In this document: one piece after another, positions 9,593 through 20,066 of the stretch
Numbering within the stretch: position 1 is the stretch's first letter
Layout: each line of letters opens with the position of its first letter
Assembly (NCBI GenBank): GCA_963674755.2
Contig: CAXXVS010000003.1
Location: forward strand, 1,856,001 to 1,920,000
Direction: 5' to 3'
DNA length: 64,000 nt
Source: Desulfobacterales bacterium
GTDB lineage: Bacteria > Desulfobacterota > Desulfobacteria > Desulfobacterales > UBA5852
The notes under the pieces: model-generated
What the model was told of the DNA's origin: nothing
Databases searched by the model: none
Seen by the model: only the letters and a program-made list of their open reading frames with translations
Translations under genes and position numbers: made by a program

Positions 9593-10547
9593 GGGATTTA
9601 CCTCCCGTCTGCAAAAAGCGATACATGGCCTTCACCGACGCGTACCAGGATTCCTTAGGCGTCACAAACCGCTCGATCATCAGCCTTTCGAGTATCCGTT
9701 GCCCTTCGTCGTCGCGGTGCATCGAGGTGACGATGCCCTGAATCTGCGTTTTCTCTTTTACGGGCAGTCCAGATGCGGCCACGAGTGGGGGGCTGCCGAA
9801 AGGCTTCGATTTCTTGATGATACTTGTAGCCTCGGTCAAACCGGGATTGACCATCTGGTAATAGTCCCACTTGTGGCCGTCTACAGCAGCGGCATCCACC
9901 AGACCTCTCGCTACAGCCTTGATGGAGTTGTCGTGGCTGTACGTATAGATTGTCTCTCGGAAAAAGGTTGCCGGGTTTTCGCCGATCTCAGCCAGCCAGA
10001 AGCGGGGCGTCAGAGACCCTGTGTTGGAGTCGGGGTCCGTGAAGGCGAACCCCTTGCCGCGCAGATCCTCAAGCATTTTATAGGGGCTGTCGGATTTGAC
10101 GATCAGATAGGATTGATAGGTCGGTAGTCCTCGGACTTGAGGGGTGGCGATGGCCTCGAACCCATATAGTTCCTTAGAGGTGGCATAGGGGCCGGAGCAG
10201 ATGAAAGCCAGGTCAAGTTCATTTTTTAAGAACAGCTCGTTGATCTCGCCATAAGTTTTGCGTTGTACCAACTCGATCGGTTGATTCATCCGGCCGGCGA
10301 TATAATCGAGTAGCGCTTGGTAATACTCGATCGTTTCTCTAGGCGAGATCATAGCCGCCACTGCAATTCTCAATGGTGCCTTGCCAGACTCCGCTCCAGT
10401 TGCGCGCACCACCTCGATGTGATCTTTGAAATCGACGTATTGATATTGGGGTTCGTTGCTGCAGCCGCCGAGCAAAACCATAACAAGCATAAAGGCGATT
10501 GACCGCAGGGTGGAAGAATGAATTCCGCAGGGGGCGACGGGCAGCAT
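9570..10547 (-). CDS. PhnD/AioX-like periplasmic substrate-binding lipoprotein
   Basis: Lipobox LLGGC; QRKTYGE, LAFICSGPY, FTDPDSNTG, YSHDNSI motifs; overlaps the activator start; true start may be internal. Confidence 0.85.
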   Translation of the reverse strand: MLPVAPCGIHSSTLRSIAFMLVMVLLGGCSNEPQYQYVDFKDHIEVVRATGAESGKAPLRIAVAAMISPRETIEYYQALLDYIAGRMNQPIELVQRKTYGEINELFLKNELDLAFICSGPYATSKELYGFEAIATPQVRGLPTYQSYLIVKSDSPYKMLEDLRGKGFAFTDPDSNTGSLTPRFWLAEIGENPATFFRETIYTYSHDNSIKAVARGLVDAAAVDGHKWDYYQMVNPGLTEATSIIKKSKPFGSPPLVAASGLPVKEKTQIQGIVTSMHRDDEGQRILERLMIERFVTPKESWYASVKAMYRFLQTGGKSHAAAKPQ

Positions 10548-10854
10548 TTCGAGCCTCCCAAGGACTGTAGGTTAGGCCAGTGCGCATGCATAAATTGCAT
10601 CTTTCGGCCCAGACCGGCGCGCTCTTCTGAAATCCTCGCATAGCTCAACTACGCAATGCTGTCGCTCATACGGTTACGCCGTCCGTAACCCTCGCTGCGG
10701 TCTTGGCCTGAACCAAAAATTGCCTTTCTCGACGCACACGGGAATAGGAAACTTAATCTTTAGGTTTTCATAAGTACCACATTGTGGTACTTTCTGCAAC
10801 AGCGGACATACGATCGCCGGGCGGACTGATAACTGCTTTGAAAGGTGCCAACTG

Positions 10855-11229
10855 ATGAACGCTACCGAATTCAAGACGTACAGAAGCGAAATGAAAAAAA
10901 GCCAGCTGCGAATGGCGCACTTGTTAGGGGTTTCACTCAAGGCAGTTCAGGGCTACGAGCAGGGGTGGCGCAACATTCCACCGTCCATCGAGCGGCAGGT
11001 ACTCTTTTTGGTTTGCCAACTGCGGATTCCAAGCGGGGAGCGAAAAACATGTTGGGAAGCAAGGAACTGCCCTCACCAGAAAAAGGCCCAATGCCCAGCC
11101 TACGAATTTAAAGTCGGGCATCTTTGCTGGTTTGTAAATGGGACCTTGTGTGACGGAAAACCACAACAGTCCTGGGAGAAAAAAATCGAAACCTGCCGGA
11201 AATGTGAGATGTTAGAATTGTTGATGTGA
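10855..11229 (+). CDS. XRE-type HTH protein with C-terminal Cys-Trp (two-CW-like) domain
   Basis: SQLRMAHLLGVSLKAVQGYEQG; CWE..C...CPAY...CWF..GTLC...CRKC. Confidence 0.75.
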   Translation: MNATEFKTYRSEMKKSQLRMAHLLGVSLKAVQGYEQGWRNIPPSIERQVLFLVCQLRIPSGERKTCWEARNCPHQKKAQCPAYEFKVGHLCWFVNGTLCDGKPQQSWEKKIETCRKCEMLELLM

Positions 11230-11542
11230 GAGCCAAACTTCCAATTTTACTGACATGTGATTGCCTTAACCTCAATATCTGAGAATTATACCAGGATTAC
11301 GTTTGACTGCGATCCATACACCTGCGATTTATTCTTACCTGTCGATTAACAGTCCTAATCTGGACTGGCAGAATTCGAAAAGCGGCCGGTTGGAACTGCC
11401 CCACTTCAAGATCACGAACAAAATGACCGTTAACTTCCCCTCCACATCACCGAAAATACCCTAGACTTCTTTCCCCAAATCTGTTAGCGAATAATTCATC
11501 ATCGACGTTTTCTTCGTGGACCACCATCTGGGAGGCTGTTTT

Positions 11543-12148
11543 ATGGCTATCGTGGGGTACATTCGCGTCTCGACCGACAAGCAGAACTACGACGGACAGA
11601 AGCTGAGCATCCTGAACTATGCGAATGACCAGCTGAGGGGCAGGGTTGACGAGTGGATCGAGGTGAAAGCCAGCACCCGGAAGTCCGCTGAGAAGCGAAA
11701 ACTGGATGAGCTGAGGGAAACGCTCAAGAAGGGAGACACCCTGATCGTGGCTGAGCTGTCCCGGCTGGGTCGCTCCGTCGGTCAGATCGCCATCCTGGTT
11801 GATGGCCTGGTCAGCGAGGGCCTCCAGATCATCACCATCAAAGAGGGCATGATCCTGAACGGAAAGCGGGACATGAAGTCCAAGGTGATCCTGACGATGT
11901 TCTCGCTCATGGCGGAAATCGAACGTGACCTCGTTTCTGAGCGGACCAAGGAAGGGTTGAGGCGCGCCAGGGCTGAGGGAAAGCTCTTGGGACGTCCCAA
12001 GGGGACGACCAGCTCCAAGCTGGACGGCAAGGAAGGGGAGATCCAGGTATATCTGGCAAAGGGCGTCAACCTCGCAAACTTGGCTCGGATCTATGGTGTT
12101 TCGTGGTCCACGATGAAGCATTTCGTGGTGAGCAGGGGGCTGGTTTGA
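11543..12148 (+). CDS. Serine recombinase (resolvase/invertase family), intact copy
   Basis: GYIRVSTDKQ, LSRLGRS, EIERDLVSERT, LGRP, C-terminal HTH; GGAGG RBS. Confidence 0.92.
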   Translation: MAIVGYIRVSTDKQNYDGQKLSILNYANDQLRGRVDEWIEVKASTRKSAEKRKLDELRETLKKGDTLIVAELSRLGRSVGQIAILVDGLVSEGLQIITIKEGMILNGKRDMKSKVILTMFSLMAEIERDLVSERTKEGLRRARAEGKLLGRPKGTTSSKLDGKEGEIQVYLAKGVNLANLARIYGVSWSTMKHFVVSRGLV

Positions 12149-12697
12149 CGTTGGGCAAACTTGGCCTTCGGTTCTATTTTGTTAGAATAAACCTATTTGG
12201 CGCTACCATATCTATTCAATACCGTGCGTTGAAATTAATATGTACCGAAGCCTCCCTTTGAAATCGTGCTCTCGCTGAGTAGAGGTGGATCCGATTGCTG
12301 AATCTGCGGTGCGTCAGTTTCAAAACCAGATACTCTGAGGGTGGGTAGCAAATTCTTCCATATCCAAATGTCTGACGAATTGCTGCCGCTCGTTGTGATT
12401 CGTCCTCTTCCAAAATATTATGCGTCTACGAAGAAGATAGCCGCAGATTCCGATTTCCAACCCATAGTCCGCTGCCGTGAAGCACAGTGACGTGGCTTCT
12501 GTTGAACGCTTTGCCGCTCTCCTCTCCAGGAAGCTTGGACCCTGAGAATCTCCCTACAGTGGACCATGGCCGCGTTCCGGGCGCGAAGGATCATTTTACG
12601 GAACAGGAGACGCCAAGACATGCATGGACAAGCGGTGCTTTGCAGCTATCCGGCACTTGATATCAACTACAGTCGTTATGCGGCGTTCTAACTATTT

Positions 12698-13839
12698 GAG
12701 GGGTCGGGGAGTTTTTGGAACCTCCTAACCGCCTAAAATTAAACAGATTTTTTAACTAGACATAAGCCTTTGTAATTGTTATGAATAATCTCAATGAATT
12801 CAACACGAAAGGAGATTATTCATGGCCACCAAGTCGAACAAGATTTCCAAGCGCTGGATTCATGAAACCCGTGATGACTTTCGCGCCTTTCTGGATGAAA
12901 CCGGCTTTCCCGATCCAGAACGTCTTGGCGAGCGTGGCCCTAAATTCACATATCCCGAATGGCTGATCATGTTCATTGCGGTTTTATCGGTAAAACTGAA
13001 GATCAAATCCTATGTTCAGATTCATAAGATGGCCCTGCAGTATTGGGATATCATCGCTAATGGCATGAATTTGTCGCCGATCAGTGAGCGGCAGTTGCGG
13101 TTTCGTTTAAAAAAATCCGTCATTTCCCTGGAAAACCAGCAGCGTTCATTTTTCAGCTATTTCCTGAGCTTGAGTAAGGAGCGCACCGTCAGTGCCGACA
13201 AGATGAAGAACAAAGCCCGAGGGCCCGTCTGGCACAAGAAGCAAAAGGATCTGGGCATTATCCCCTAAGGGCTGCGCGGCATCGACAAGGAGGCCACCTG
13301 GTGTAAGTCCAACGCTGATGGCTGGGTCTATGGGCATGGCAGTTTTTCATTAACCTCACACAAGCATCCGGTATTAGGCTGCTTTTTGTGGATGCGAAAC
13401 GCGGCCAACGAAGCAAAGCGCAATGTGGCTGGAGACCTATCACCTCAAAGGGAAAGTTGACTATGTCTGCATGGACTCCGAGGCTGATGACGCGGATCTT
13501 TTCCGTGAATTTAAACGCCAGCGACGAATGAACCTGATCACCTATTGCCGTCAAAACATGGATAAGACCAAGCCTCGCAGGGAGATGATCGCGTTCATGG
13601 ATAAACCCAAACATAAGAAGATCTACCGTGAGCGGTCTTATAAAGTCGAACCCATGCAAGGTTTGGTAAAGGACATTTTTGAGTTAGACCGATGCTGGAT
13701 GCGGGGCAATGAGAATAATCGCTGGATCTTCGCAGCCATGGGTCTAACCGTCCAGATGCATCAGCTACAGGCTTTCAAACAGGGTAGATCAACTTGGAAT
13801 ATCAAAGAACTGGTCTTGGGATAAACTCCCCGACCCCTC
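12698..13839 (+). mobile_element. Insertion sequence (DDE type, family uncertain)
   Basis: Perfect 17-bp inverted repeat GAGGGGTCGGGGAGTTT; 8-bp target duplication AACTATTT at 12690-12697 and 13840-13847. Confidence 0.9.
12822..13824 (+). pseudogene. Disrupted transposase
   Basis: In-frame TAA at 13266-13268 (reading resumes GLRGIDKEATW...GWVYG), then a frameshift near 13422; C-terminal YRERSYKVEP motif. Confidence 0.8.
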
Positions 13840-14065
13840 AACTATTTCGCGCCTCGAAGGCCTCGGCCACGGACGCTTGCCCGATAAGGTGCATTATCCG
13901 GAGGTGCCGGCGCCAATCGCGGATCATGCCGACCACCCGGCGTATGCACTGCTTGAGTATTTGAAATTAAATGTCAATATTGACATATAATTCTTGCCCG
14001 TTTTACACTGAAATCAACATTGCGGCCGTACAGGACCTCCCACGCAAATGCACGGTGCAAACGAG

Positions 14066-14430
14066 ATGAGTATCCATTTCACTTTCCGAGGCGACATGAT
14101 CGTCGTAACCGCCCATGGGTTACGTCCTATGAGGAGGTTACCGGAACATTCGATAAAATCGCCTCCAATGCCATGTCCAAACCTCCCGCCAGAATTTTCT
14201 TCGATGGGCGATAGACCGATTACGGCCCTCCCACGGACGAGCTAAAAGACCTCGCCAGGCATCTGGGGGACATCGAGGCATTCAATGGTAGCCGCTGGGC
14301 CATTGTCGCCCAACCGGCTTCCCTGATATTCGGGCTTGCCCGTTTGTATTGTGGCCATGCCCAATCCACCGGATTCATGGCCGAATTCTTTTTCGGATTT
14401 CTTGAAGGCCTGCGCTTGGCTTCTTCGTCC
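14066..14430 (+). pseudogene. Decayed paralog of the neighbouring STAS/SpoIIAA-like gene
   Basis: Across frames reads IVVTAHG...PPARIFFD*TDYGPP...SRWAIVA...FGLARLYC, collinear with 14601..15035. Confidence 0.75.
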
Positions 14431-14600
14431 CGAGGCGCCGCTTTCTGGCTGAAGACCCACGGTGGCCGACAACACCTCGGGTTCCGAGAAGGGACGGATT
14501 TATGGAGAAATATTGACTTGCCGGAGGATACATTTTAAATTTAACAATCTTCTCTCGCCCGCAATGGGCAGAAATCCGCTTTGGAAGAGGTTAAGCCGGC

Positions 14601-15035
14601 ATGAGCATCGGGTATCGCATTGACGGCCCCATTGTGGTCGTGACACCTCATGGCCTCAACACCCTGGAAGATGTTTGCCGGATCTTCGAAGTCCTTCTCG
14701 CTGACCCCGCCTTCAATCCTCCCGCTAAAATCCTTTTCGACGCCTGTCATACGGATTACGGTCCTCCGAGTGAGGAGCTCGAGCTGCTTTCCGAGTTTTT
14801 GGCCAAGCTCGATGCCTACCATGAAAGCCGGTGGGCCATTGCCGCCAATTCCAACACCATGGTGTACGGTCTGACACGCATGTTCTGCTGCCTGGCCGAA
14901 GCCCTTGGGATCTATGCCGAGCCGTTTTCGGATTACGACGCGGCCCGCCGATGGCTTGCCGATCCGGATTGGGACTATCGGGACAGGGCCTTGGTTCCTA
15001 ACGAGGCTTTCTTGTCCGCTCGCGCAGGCTTTTGA
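14601..15035 (+). CDS. STAS/SEC14 (SpoIIAA-like) domain protein
   Basis: LFD...RWAIAA...YGLTRMF...FSDYDAARRWL pattern. Confidence 0.65.
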   Translation: MSIGYRIDGPIVVVTPHGLNTLEDVCRIFEVLLADPAFNPPAKILFDACHTDYGPPSEELELLSEFLAKLDAYHESRWAIAANSNTMVYGLTRMFCCLAEALGIYAEPFSDYDAARRWLADPDWDYRDRALVPNEAFLSARAGF

Positions 15036-15394
15036 AGCACGCCATCAGCTCCACCACCACCCGCAGCAGGTCCTTCAGCTCATCGTAATTGGCCGCGGCC
15101 TCCTTGGCGGTCACGCTGCCGTAGGCCATGGCCTGGGCGGATGAAATCCTCCCCGGCCCGGCGGGTCTCGGGCGGGGCGTCCGCCGCCTGGCTTTGCCCC
15201 AGGATGCGCAGGGCGTCGATCTGGCCCAGCTTGGCGTTGCTGGTGCCCAGCTCCCGGTGCTTGATCTCGTTGTCCATGGTCTGGTAGCGCTTGCCCAGGC
15301 GGGCCGCCAGGGCCTTGCGCGGAAAGGTGGCCGCGATCAGGTCCATGCGCTCGATGATCTCGTCCACGTCGATGGGGCTGCCGGTCCGTCGCAT
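15030..15394 (-). pseudogene. Phage CII-like regulatory protein, frameshifted or internally deleted
   Basis: KALAARLGKRYQTMDNE HTH-like N-terminus; C-terminal GSVTAKEAAANYDELKDLL lies in another frame. Confidence 0.45.
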
Positions 15395-15446
15395 AGGAAA
15401 GAAACCTCCCCAATCTTATTGAAACCCCGCCCTCGCGGGAAATAGG

Positions 15447-16093
15447 TTAGGCTTGGGCGCTGAACCGCCCCCTGGCCAGAAGCCGCTTGAGCCCCTGCCG
15501 GGCCCAGTCCCGTATGGCCGGCAGCTGATCCAGCAGGGGCCGCACGGCCGCCACGTCGAACCGGTCGTAGGGCATGCCGAAGTGCACCTGCACCATCCGC
15601 CGCCGGAAGCTTTTGGGCAGCGACCGGTCCAGAAAGTCCCTGGGCCGCGCGCCCACCAGCATCACCTTGCAGCGGGGGCAGAAGATGAAGGGCGCGCCTT
15701 CGGGAGGGGCGGCCTCCAGGGGGCGGCCCGCCACCACGCGTCCGCGAAACCGGGCGCGGATGCCAGCTCCTCGAAGTGGGCCATGGCAAGGGCCAGCCTG
15801 CGGTTGGCCAGCGCGCCCCGGCGGGCCGGGTCCGCGAGCATGCCCGGGGAGATCTGCACGCATTCCCCCGGCCCGGCCAGGGCGATCATGGCCTTGATGA
15901 AGGCCCAGGTCTCGCCGATGGGCCCGGTGAGGGCCAGAAACCAGTCGAAGCGGTTGTCGGCCAGCCCCAGGGAGCCCGCGAACTCCTGGAGCCGGTCCAG
16001 GGCGGCGCGGTCGCCGCCGGTGACGTCGGCCAGGAATTGACTCCAAATCATCAGGGGGGCGGGGGAGTGGTAGAAAACGGTGGCGGTCATCAT
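15447..16093 (-). pseudogene. Degenerate P4/D5-type primase-helicase C-terminal domain
   Basis: WSQFLADVTGGD..LDRLQEFAG, then after a frameshift RRRMVQVHF...LPAIRDWARQGLKRLLARGRF; Walker A position degenerate. Confidence 0.6.
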
Positions 16094-16107
16094 GGCGCGG
16101 CCTCCTT

Positions 16108-16368
16108 TCAGGCGTCGGACCTTTCGGCCGGCGCTTCGAAAAGCTCCTCCCGCGTCACGCCCCAGATATCGGCGATGGCCGTCTGGATGTCGGCGTTGCG
16201 GCGGATGCCCTCGATATGGGTGGTGATGCAGGGGCGCGACACGTTCAGCCGCCGCGCCATGGCCGGCTGGGTGACGCCGGTGAGCTTGTGCAGGGCCTTG
16301 CCGATGTTGTTCAGCGGAAAGCCCAGATCTCTCAGGCAACTCACGGTTTCGGTGACTTGACGGTTCAT
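16108..16368 (-). CDS. Cro/Ner-like HTH regulator
   Basis: VTQPAMARRLNVSRPCIT HTH; divergent from a repressor remnant. Confidence 0.7.
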   Translation of the reverse strand: MNRQVTETVSCLRDLGFPLNNIGKALHKLTGVTQPAMARRLNVSRPCITTHIEGIRRNADIQTAIADIWGVTREELFEAPAERSDA

Positions 16369-16567
16369 GGTCGAAACCCCTTGTATCCTGTGTTACGGTG
16401 TGGTAATTTGAGCATCGTCTAATAAAAGCTCCAATGGCTGTTACTATTGGCTTTTCTTAGAAAGCCGACCTCCTATAAATCCCCATTTTGATCGCAACGA
16501 TTATAATTTCGCATCAAAGCTACTCGTATGAGTGATTTTTCCTTTAAAGGTGCAAACTACCTAATGA

Positions 16568-16859
16568 ATGGTGATGTTTTGCGGTAATGAGAAGCTAAAA
16601 TACTCGTCTGAGGGGCAGGGACAGAGTGGTGGGAAGAATATTGAAGATAATGCCTCACTTCCGGATGATATAGATGTCGAATTATTGGGCGACATTATTT
16701 GGGCGATTGAAAAGCGTTTGGAAGTGGAGAAACGCGTACTTGATCCGAACCAAAAAGCACGGGCGATAGGGCTTCTATACCTGCATTATCGGGAAAGTGA
16801 GAAGTCGGCCACGGAGAGACGAGGGGACGGTGGAATCCTACCTGAAGCTCGTGGGCTGA
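16568..16859 (+). pseudogene. C-terminal remnant of a phage repressor-like protein
   Basis: DVELLGDIIWAIEKRL...PNQKARAIGLLY, frameshift to TVESYLKLVG*; homologous to 35807..35983. Confidence 0.5.
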
Positions 16860-16878
16860 CCGCGCACAGGAGGGCAAC

Positions 16879-17625
16879 ATGCCGAAGCGCCTGAAGGTCT
16901 ATCGAGACCTTGGGGATATATGGGGAACATCTAAACCAGCAGATGGCGGCCCGCCTCCTGATCCTTCACCCGAACAATCACTTGAGCCGACCAACTCATC
17001 CTCTGATCCACCCCCAGAGCAGCCCGACTCACCCCCGGAAAGGGAAGCCAGTCACAGCCGCACCAGAAAGATCATCCTCAAAACACTTTCGCTTTCCACC
17101 GTCATCACCGTCTTGATCGTCATCATCGGCATTTACTCCGCCTTCAGCTTTTTCAATCCCTTTTCGAAAAATTCCACCGACAACCCCCTGGATAATTACC
17201 GGCCCTTCGCGCCCTCGCTGAAAGATATGGACACCCTGGCCGCCTACCAGCCGGAAAGGCTGGACATGCACTACGGGCGCATCCTGTCCCCAAAGCCGGG
17301 GGCCAGCAGCCCGCGCCATATCAGGATCACCGGCATCACCCGCAACAATTCCGAGGGCCATCACGTGGTCCTGGTGGTGGACGTGGAAAGCCAGCGCGTC
17401 TGCTTCCCCAAATGGCCCATCATCAAGCCTAACGCGGCTTTTCGCACGGAGATCTACGACGGCGGGCCGGAAGGGGGGTGCATGGTGGGGCTGTACGCGG
17501 TGGATGAGGAGTACTACGGGAAGATTTTGGAGTGGTTGAAGCAGGAACGGTTTGGGGGGGTGGGGTTGATGCCGTTGCGGTATCGGTTGGATGGGTTGAG
17601 AATTCGCTTAGATAAATATAAGTAA
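16879..17625 (+). CDS. Hypothetical single-pass membrane protein with Pro-rich N-terminus
   Basis: GGAGG RBS; one hydrophobic helix. Confidence 0.6.
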   Translation: MPKRLKVYRDLGDIWGTSKPADGGPPPDPSPEQSLEPTNSSSDPPPEQPDSPPEREASHSRTRKIILKTLSLSTVITVLIVIIGIYSAFSFFNPFSKNSTDNPLDNYRPFAPSLKDMDTLAAYQPERLDMHYGRILSPKPGASSPRHIRITGITRNNSEGHHVVLVVDVESQRVCFPKWPIIKPNAAFRTEIYDGGPEGGCMVGLYAVDEEYYGKILEWLKQERFGGVGLMPLRYRLDGLRIRLDKYK

Positions 17626-17661
17626 AATTATTTCGAATAGAGATAAAGGCGGAGGATTTAA

Positions 17662-18837
17662 ATGCATGGTTTTGATTATGAATCAATAGAAGATTTCAAA
17701 GAAGCGTGTTTGTATCAAAGGGAGAAATTATCGCCGGAAGATGTATTAGGAAGGATTTATACAGCTGACCAGCTTAGATATTTTTCAGAGAAAGAAGACT
17801 TGAATCTAATAGGATTTTCTACCGCAGGTTCGGGTCTGAAAGCAAGATACAAATTGGCTAAAGAGATAGCAAAAAGACTACCTATAGCAAAGATAGGTAT
17901 GCTATTATCGGAGATAGACCATGAACATTATTTTCGAATAATGAGTTTAAGAAAATTACCAAAGGAGAGACCCTTTGATTCAATCAGAAATTCAATTCGA
18001 CATCTATCAAATCAGAACATATCACTGAAAAACAATTTCAAAAGCTTGTTTAATGGAATAACACAGCCCGCAGGGAGGAATTGTAAACTTGAGTCAGTTA
18101 AAGAAGAGGATGACTGTTTAAGCTTTTTGTTTAGTTGTACAAGAGTACTTGCCATTCCTGAAAGTGGAGGTGCAAGCTACGAAGACTATTTCTTAGCAAG
18201 AATACCAGTCTTGATAAGAGTACTTTTTAACAAGTCACTTTTAGAAATTTCGATGCCCTTTTTCTTTGAACCACTTAAAGTAGATTCGAGATCGATTATA
18301 AATATTCCTGATAGATTTCAATTGATAGTTGAATCTGCCTTGTTAAAATTTATGAAAATTTTCCAATATGAATTTAAACCGGTAAATTTTCGGAAATTTA
18401 CAATGTTTTTAGAAACTGAGTATTCAGCTGAGGATTACGGGTGGCGGATAGAACCTTTAACTGAAGCTGCCTTTGATTTAACGCAGGGCGTTATACCTCT
18501 AAAAAATATTTTAACAAAATTTTCTAATAGCATTAATCGTGAGTGTGAGAGAAGAAAAATAAATCATCCAATTCAACAAATAGATTTATACAAATTGTTC
18601 AGAGCAATTAAAGAAGAAAGTTATACTTACTCTATGGTATTGAAAGCACAATTAGGGAAAAGAAAAGGCGATTATATTTTTTCGGTTCTATACGGCGCTC
18701 CCAATTCGAAATACTTTCCATTAATAGTTATCAATAAAAACAGAGAAAGCGTAGCAAAAAACATTTGGGAAGCTATGGCAGACTCTCAGAAAATGAGATA
18801 CAGAAATCCTTATAAGTTGACCAAACTTCTAAAATAG
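17662..18837 (+). CDS. Hypothetical protein, first gene of a putative three-gene defence operon
   Basis: 391-aa AT-rich ORF with GGAGG RBS; 3 bp from the next gene. Confidence 0.75.
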   Translation: MHGFDYESIEDFKEACLYQREKLSPEDVLGRIYTADQLRYFSEKEDLNLIGFSTAGSGLKARYKLAKEIAKRLPIAKIGMLLSEIDHEHYFRIMSLRKLPKERPFDSIRNSIRHLSNQNISLKNNFKSLFNGITQPAGRNCKLESVKEEDDCLSFLFSCTRVLAIPESGGASYEDYFLARIPVLIRVLFNKSLLEISMPFFFEPLKVDSRSIINIPDRFQLIVESALLKFMKIFQYEFKPVNFRKFTMFLETEYSAEDYGWRIEPLTEAAFDLTQGVIPLKNILTKFSNSINRECERRKINHPIQQIDLYKLFRAIKEESYTYSMVLKAQLGKRKGDYIFSVLYGAPNSKYFPLIVINKNRESVAKNIWEAMADSQKMRYRNPYKLTKLLK

Positions 18838-18840
18838 AAA

Positions 18841-19230
18841 ATGAGAATGATAAATTTAGAAATAGATTATAACAAAGTTGGATTAAATCACCAGGAAGGT
18901 GTTTCCATTTTAAATGCTATTAATAATCGAATTAAAACGCATCCTAATAAAGAAATTGTTATAAGCGACATAGCAGAAGCAGCATCTGAAACGGCAGATA
19001 AGGTTAAGAAAATATTGTTTCTTTTAATAACTTCAAGAAAAATAGAAGCCACTTTTTTGCCGAGACATAAGGTTTGCGGCTATGTGGTTGGGAGAGAAAG
19101 TAGATCTGAATTAGAAATACTACGTAAAATTGAAAATGAAGATCTAAGTTGGTGTCATAAATGCAATGCCCCAATAGAGGACATCAATGATATAGATATT
19201 CAGATAGTGTTTAGATATAATGAGGTGTAA
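18841..19230 (+). CDS. Small winged-helix/zinc-ribbon-like protein
   Basis: ISDIAEAASETADKVKKILFLL; HKVC and CHKC metal-ligand pairs; overlaps the next gene. Confidence 0.65.
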   Translation: MRMINLEIDYNKVGLNHQEGVSILNAINNRIKTHPNKEIVISDIAEAASETADKVKKILFLLITSRKIEATFLPRHKVCGYVVGRESRSELEILRKIENEDLSWCHKCNAPIEDINDIDIQIVFRYNEV

Positions 19231-20005
19231 TTTGGATATTGAAAATATTGCAACAATAAATGACTACGAAAAATTTATTGATCAATACGGCAATTCTGCA
19301 GGGGATTATGCTTTTGAATGGAGCATTGCAGTCAAGGCAGGTTGGAAGAAAAGGGAGTTCGATAAGCTATATAATAGCTATGTAATTTCCTGCAAAAAAG
19401 GAATTTTAGAAAAGCAATCAGCAGCTAAAATAAAGGGTGATCCACTTGAAGATCTCGCGAGATATTATTTGCAAATGGGTGGAATTGTACATGATATAAG
19501 TGAAATAAATGAAAAAGGCGTTTGGCAAATTGATGGTCAAGGAACTAAAAATACAACTGCAATCCTATTGTGTTGGGGTGAAGAATTATGTGCAAAAATA
19601 GGTGCTCAGTTATTTATGGAAGCAAAAAACCATAAGGAACCAATGAAAACCGAAGATTTTTCACATTATTATTCTAAAATGACCGAGCATGGCTGCCAAA
19701 CAGGTGTCGTTTTTTCAACCTCTGGTTATTCAGTGGGACATGGGAAGGGTATCGCTCCAAAAATTTACTATCATTACTTGAGAGGATATATTCATATTTT
19801 AATGAGCTTCTCATCAATATATAATACCGCTGTAAATGATATTCCCCCTTTAATTGTTTTACGGTTAGCAATAACCTATGCTACAAATAATAGCTATGTT
19901 AACGATAGAGAAATTCAATTCGAATATTCGAAAAAATACTGCCATTTACTTATTAATAATGAATTCGATCGGATAAACAAAATTGTTTACAAAAAAATCG
20001 TATGA
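19220..20005 (+). CDS. Mrr-like PD-(D/E)XK restriction endonuclease
   Basis: KGDPLEDL...QIDG...MEAKN...GVVFSTSG motif set. Confidence 0.8.
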   Translation: MRCNLDIENIATINDYEKFIDQYGNSAGDYAFEWSIAVKAGWKKREFDKLYNSYVISCKKGILEKQSAAKIKGDPLEDLARYYLQMGGIVHDISEINEKGVWQIDGQGTKNTTAILLCWGEELCAKIGAQLFMEAKNHKEPMKTEDFSHYYSKMTEHGCQTGVVFSTSGYSVGHGKGIAPKIYYHYLRGYIHILMSFSSIYNTAVNDIPPLIVLRLAITYATNNSYVNDREIQFEYSKKYCHLLINNEFDRINKIVYKKIV

Positions 20006-20066
20006 TTTTTAAATAGATGAATACAATAATCCAAAAACCAAAAAATTATGTGGTAATTTATATAAC

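Noticed and set aside
9570..10547. Phosphonate uptake system
   Set aside because: No phnC/phnE transporter genes; the gene is coupled to a regulator
13266..13268. Recoding at the in-frame stop of the transposase
   Set aside because: The stop is TAA and a separate frameshift follows; simple decay is more likely
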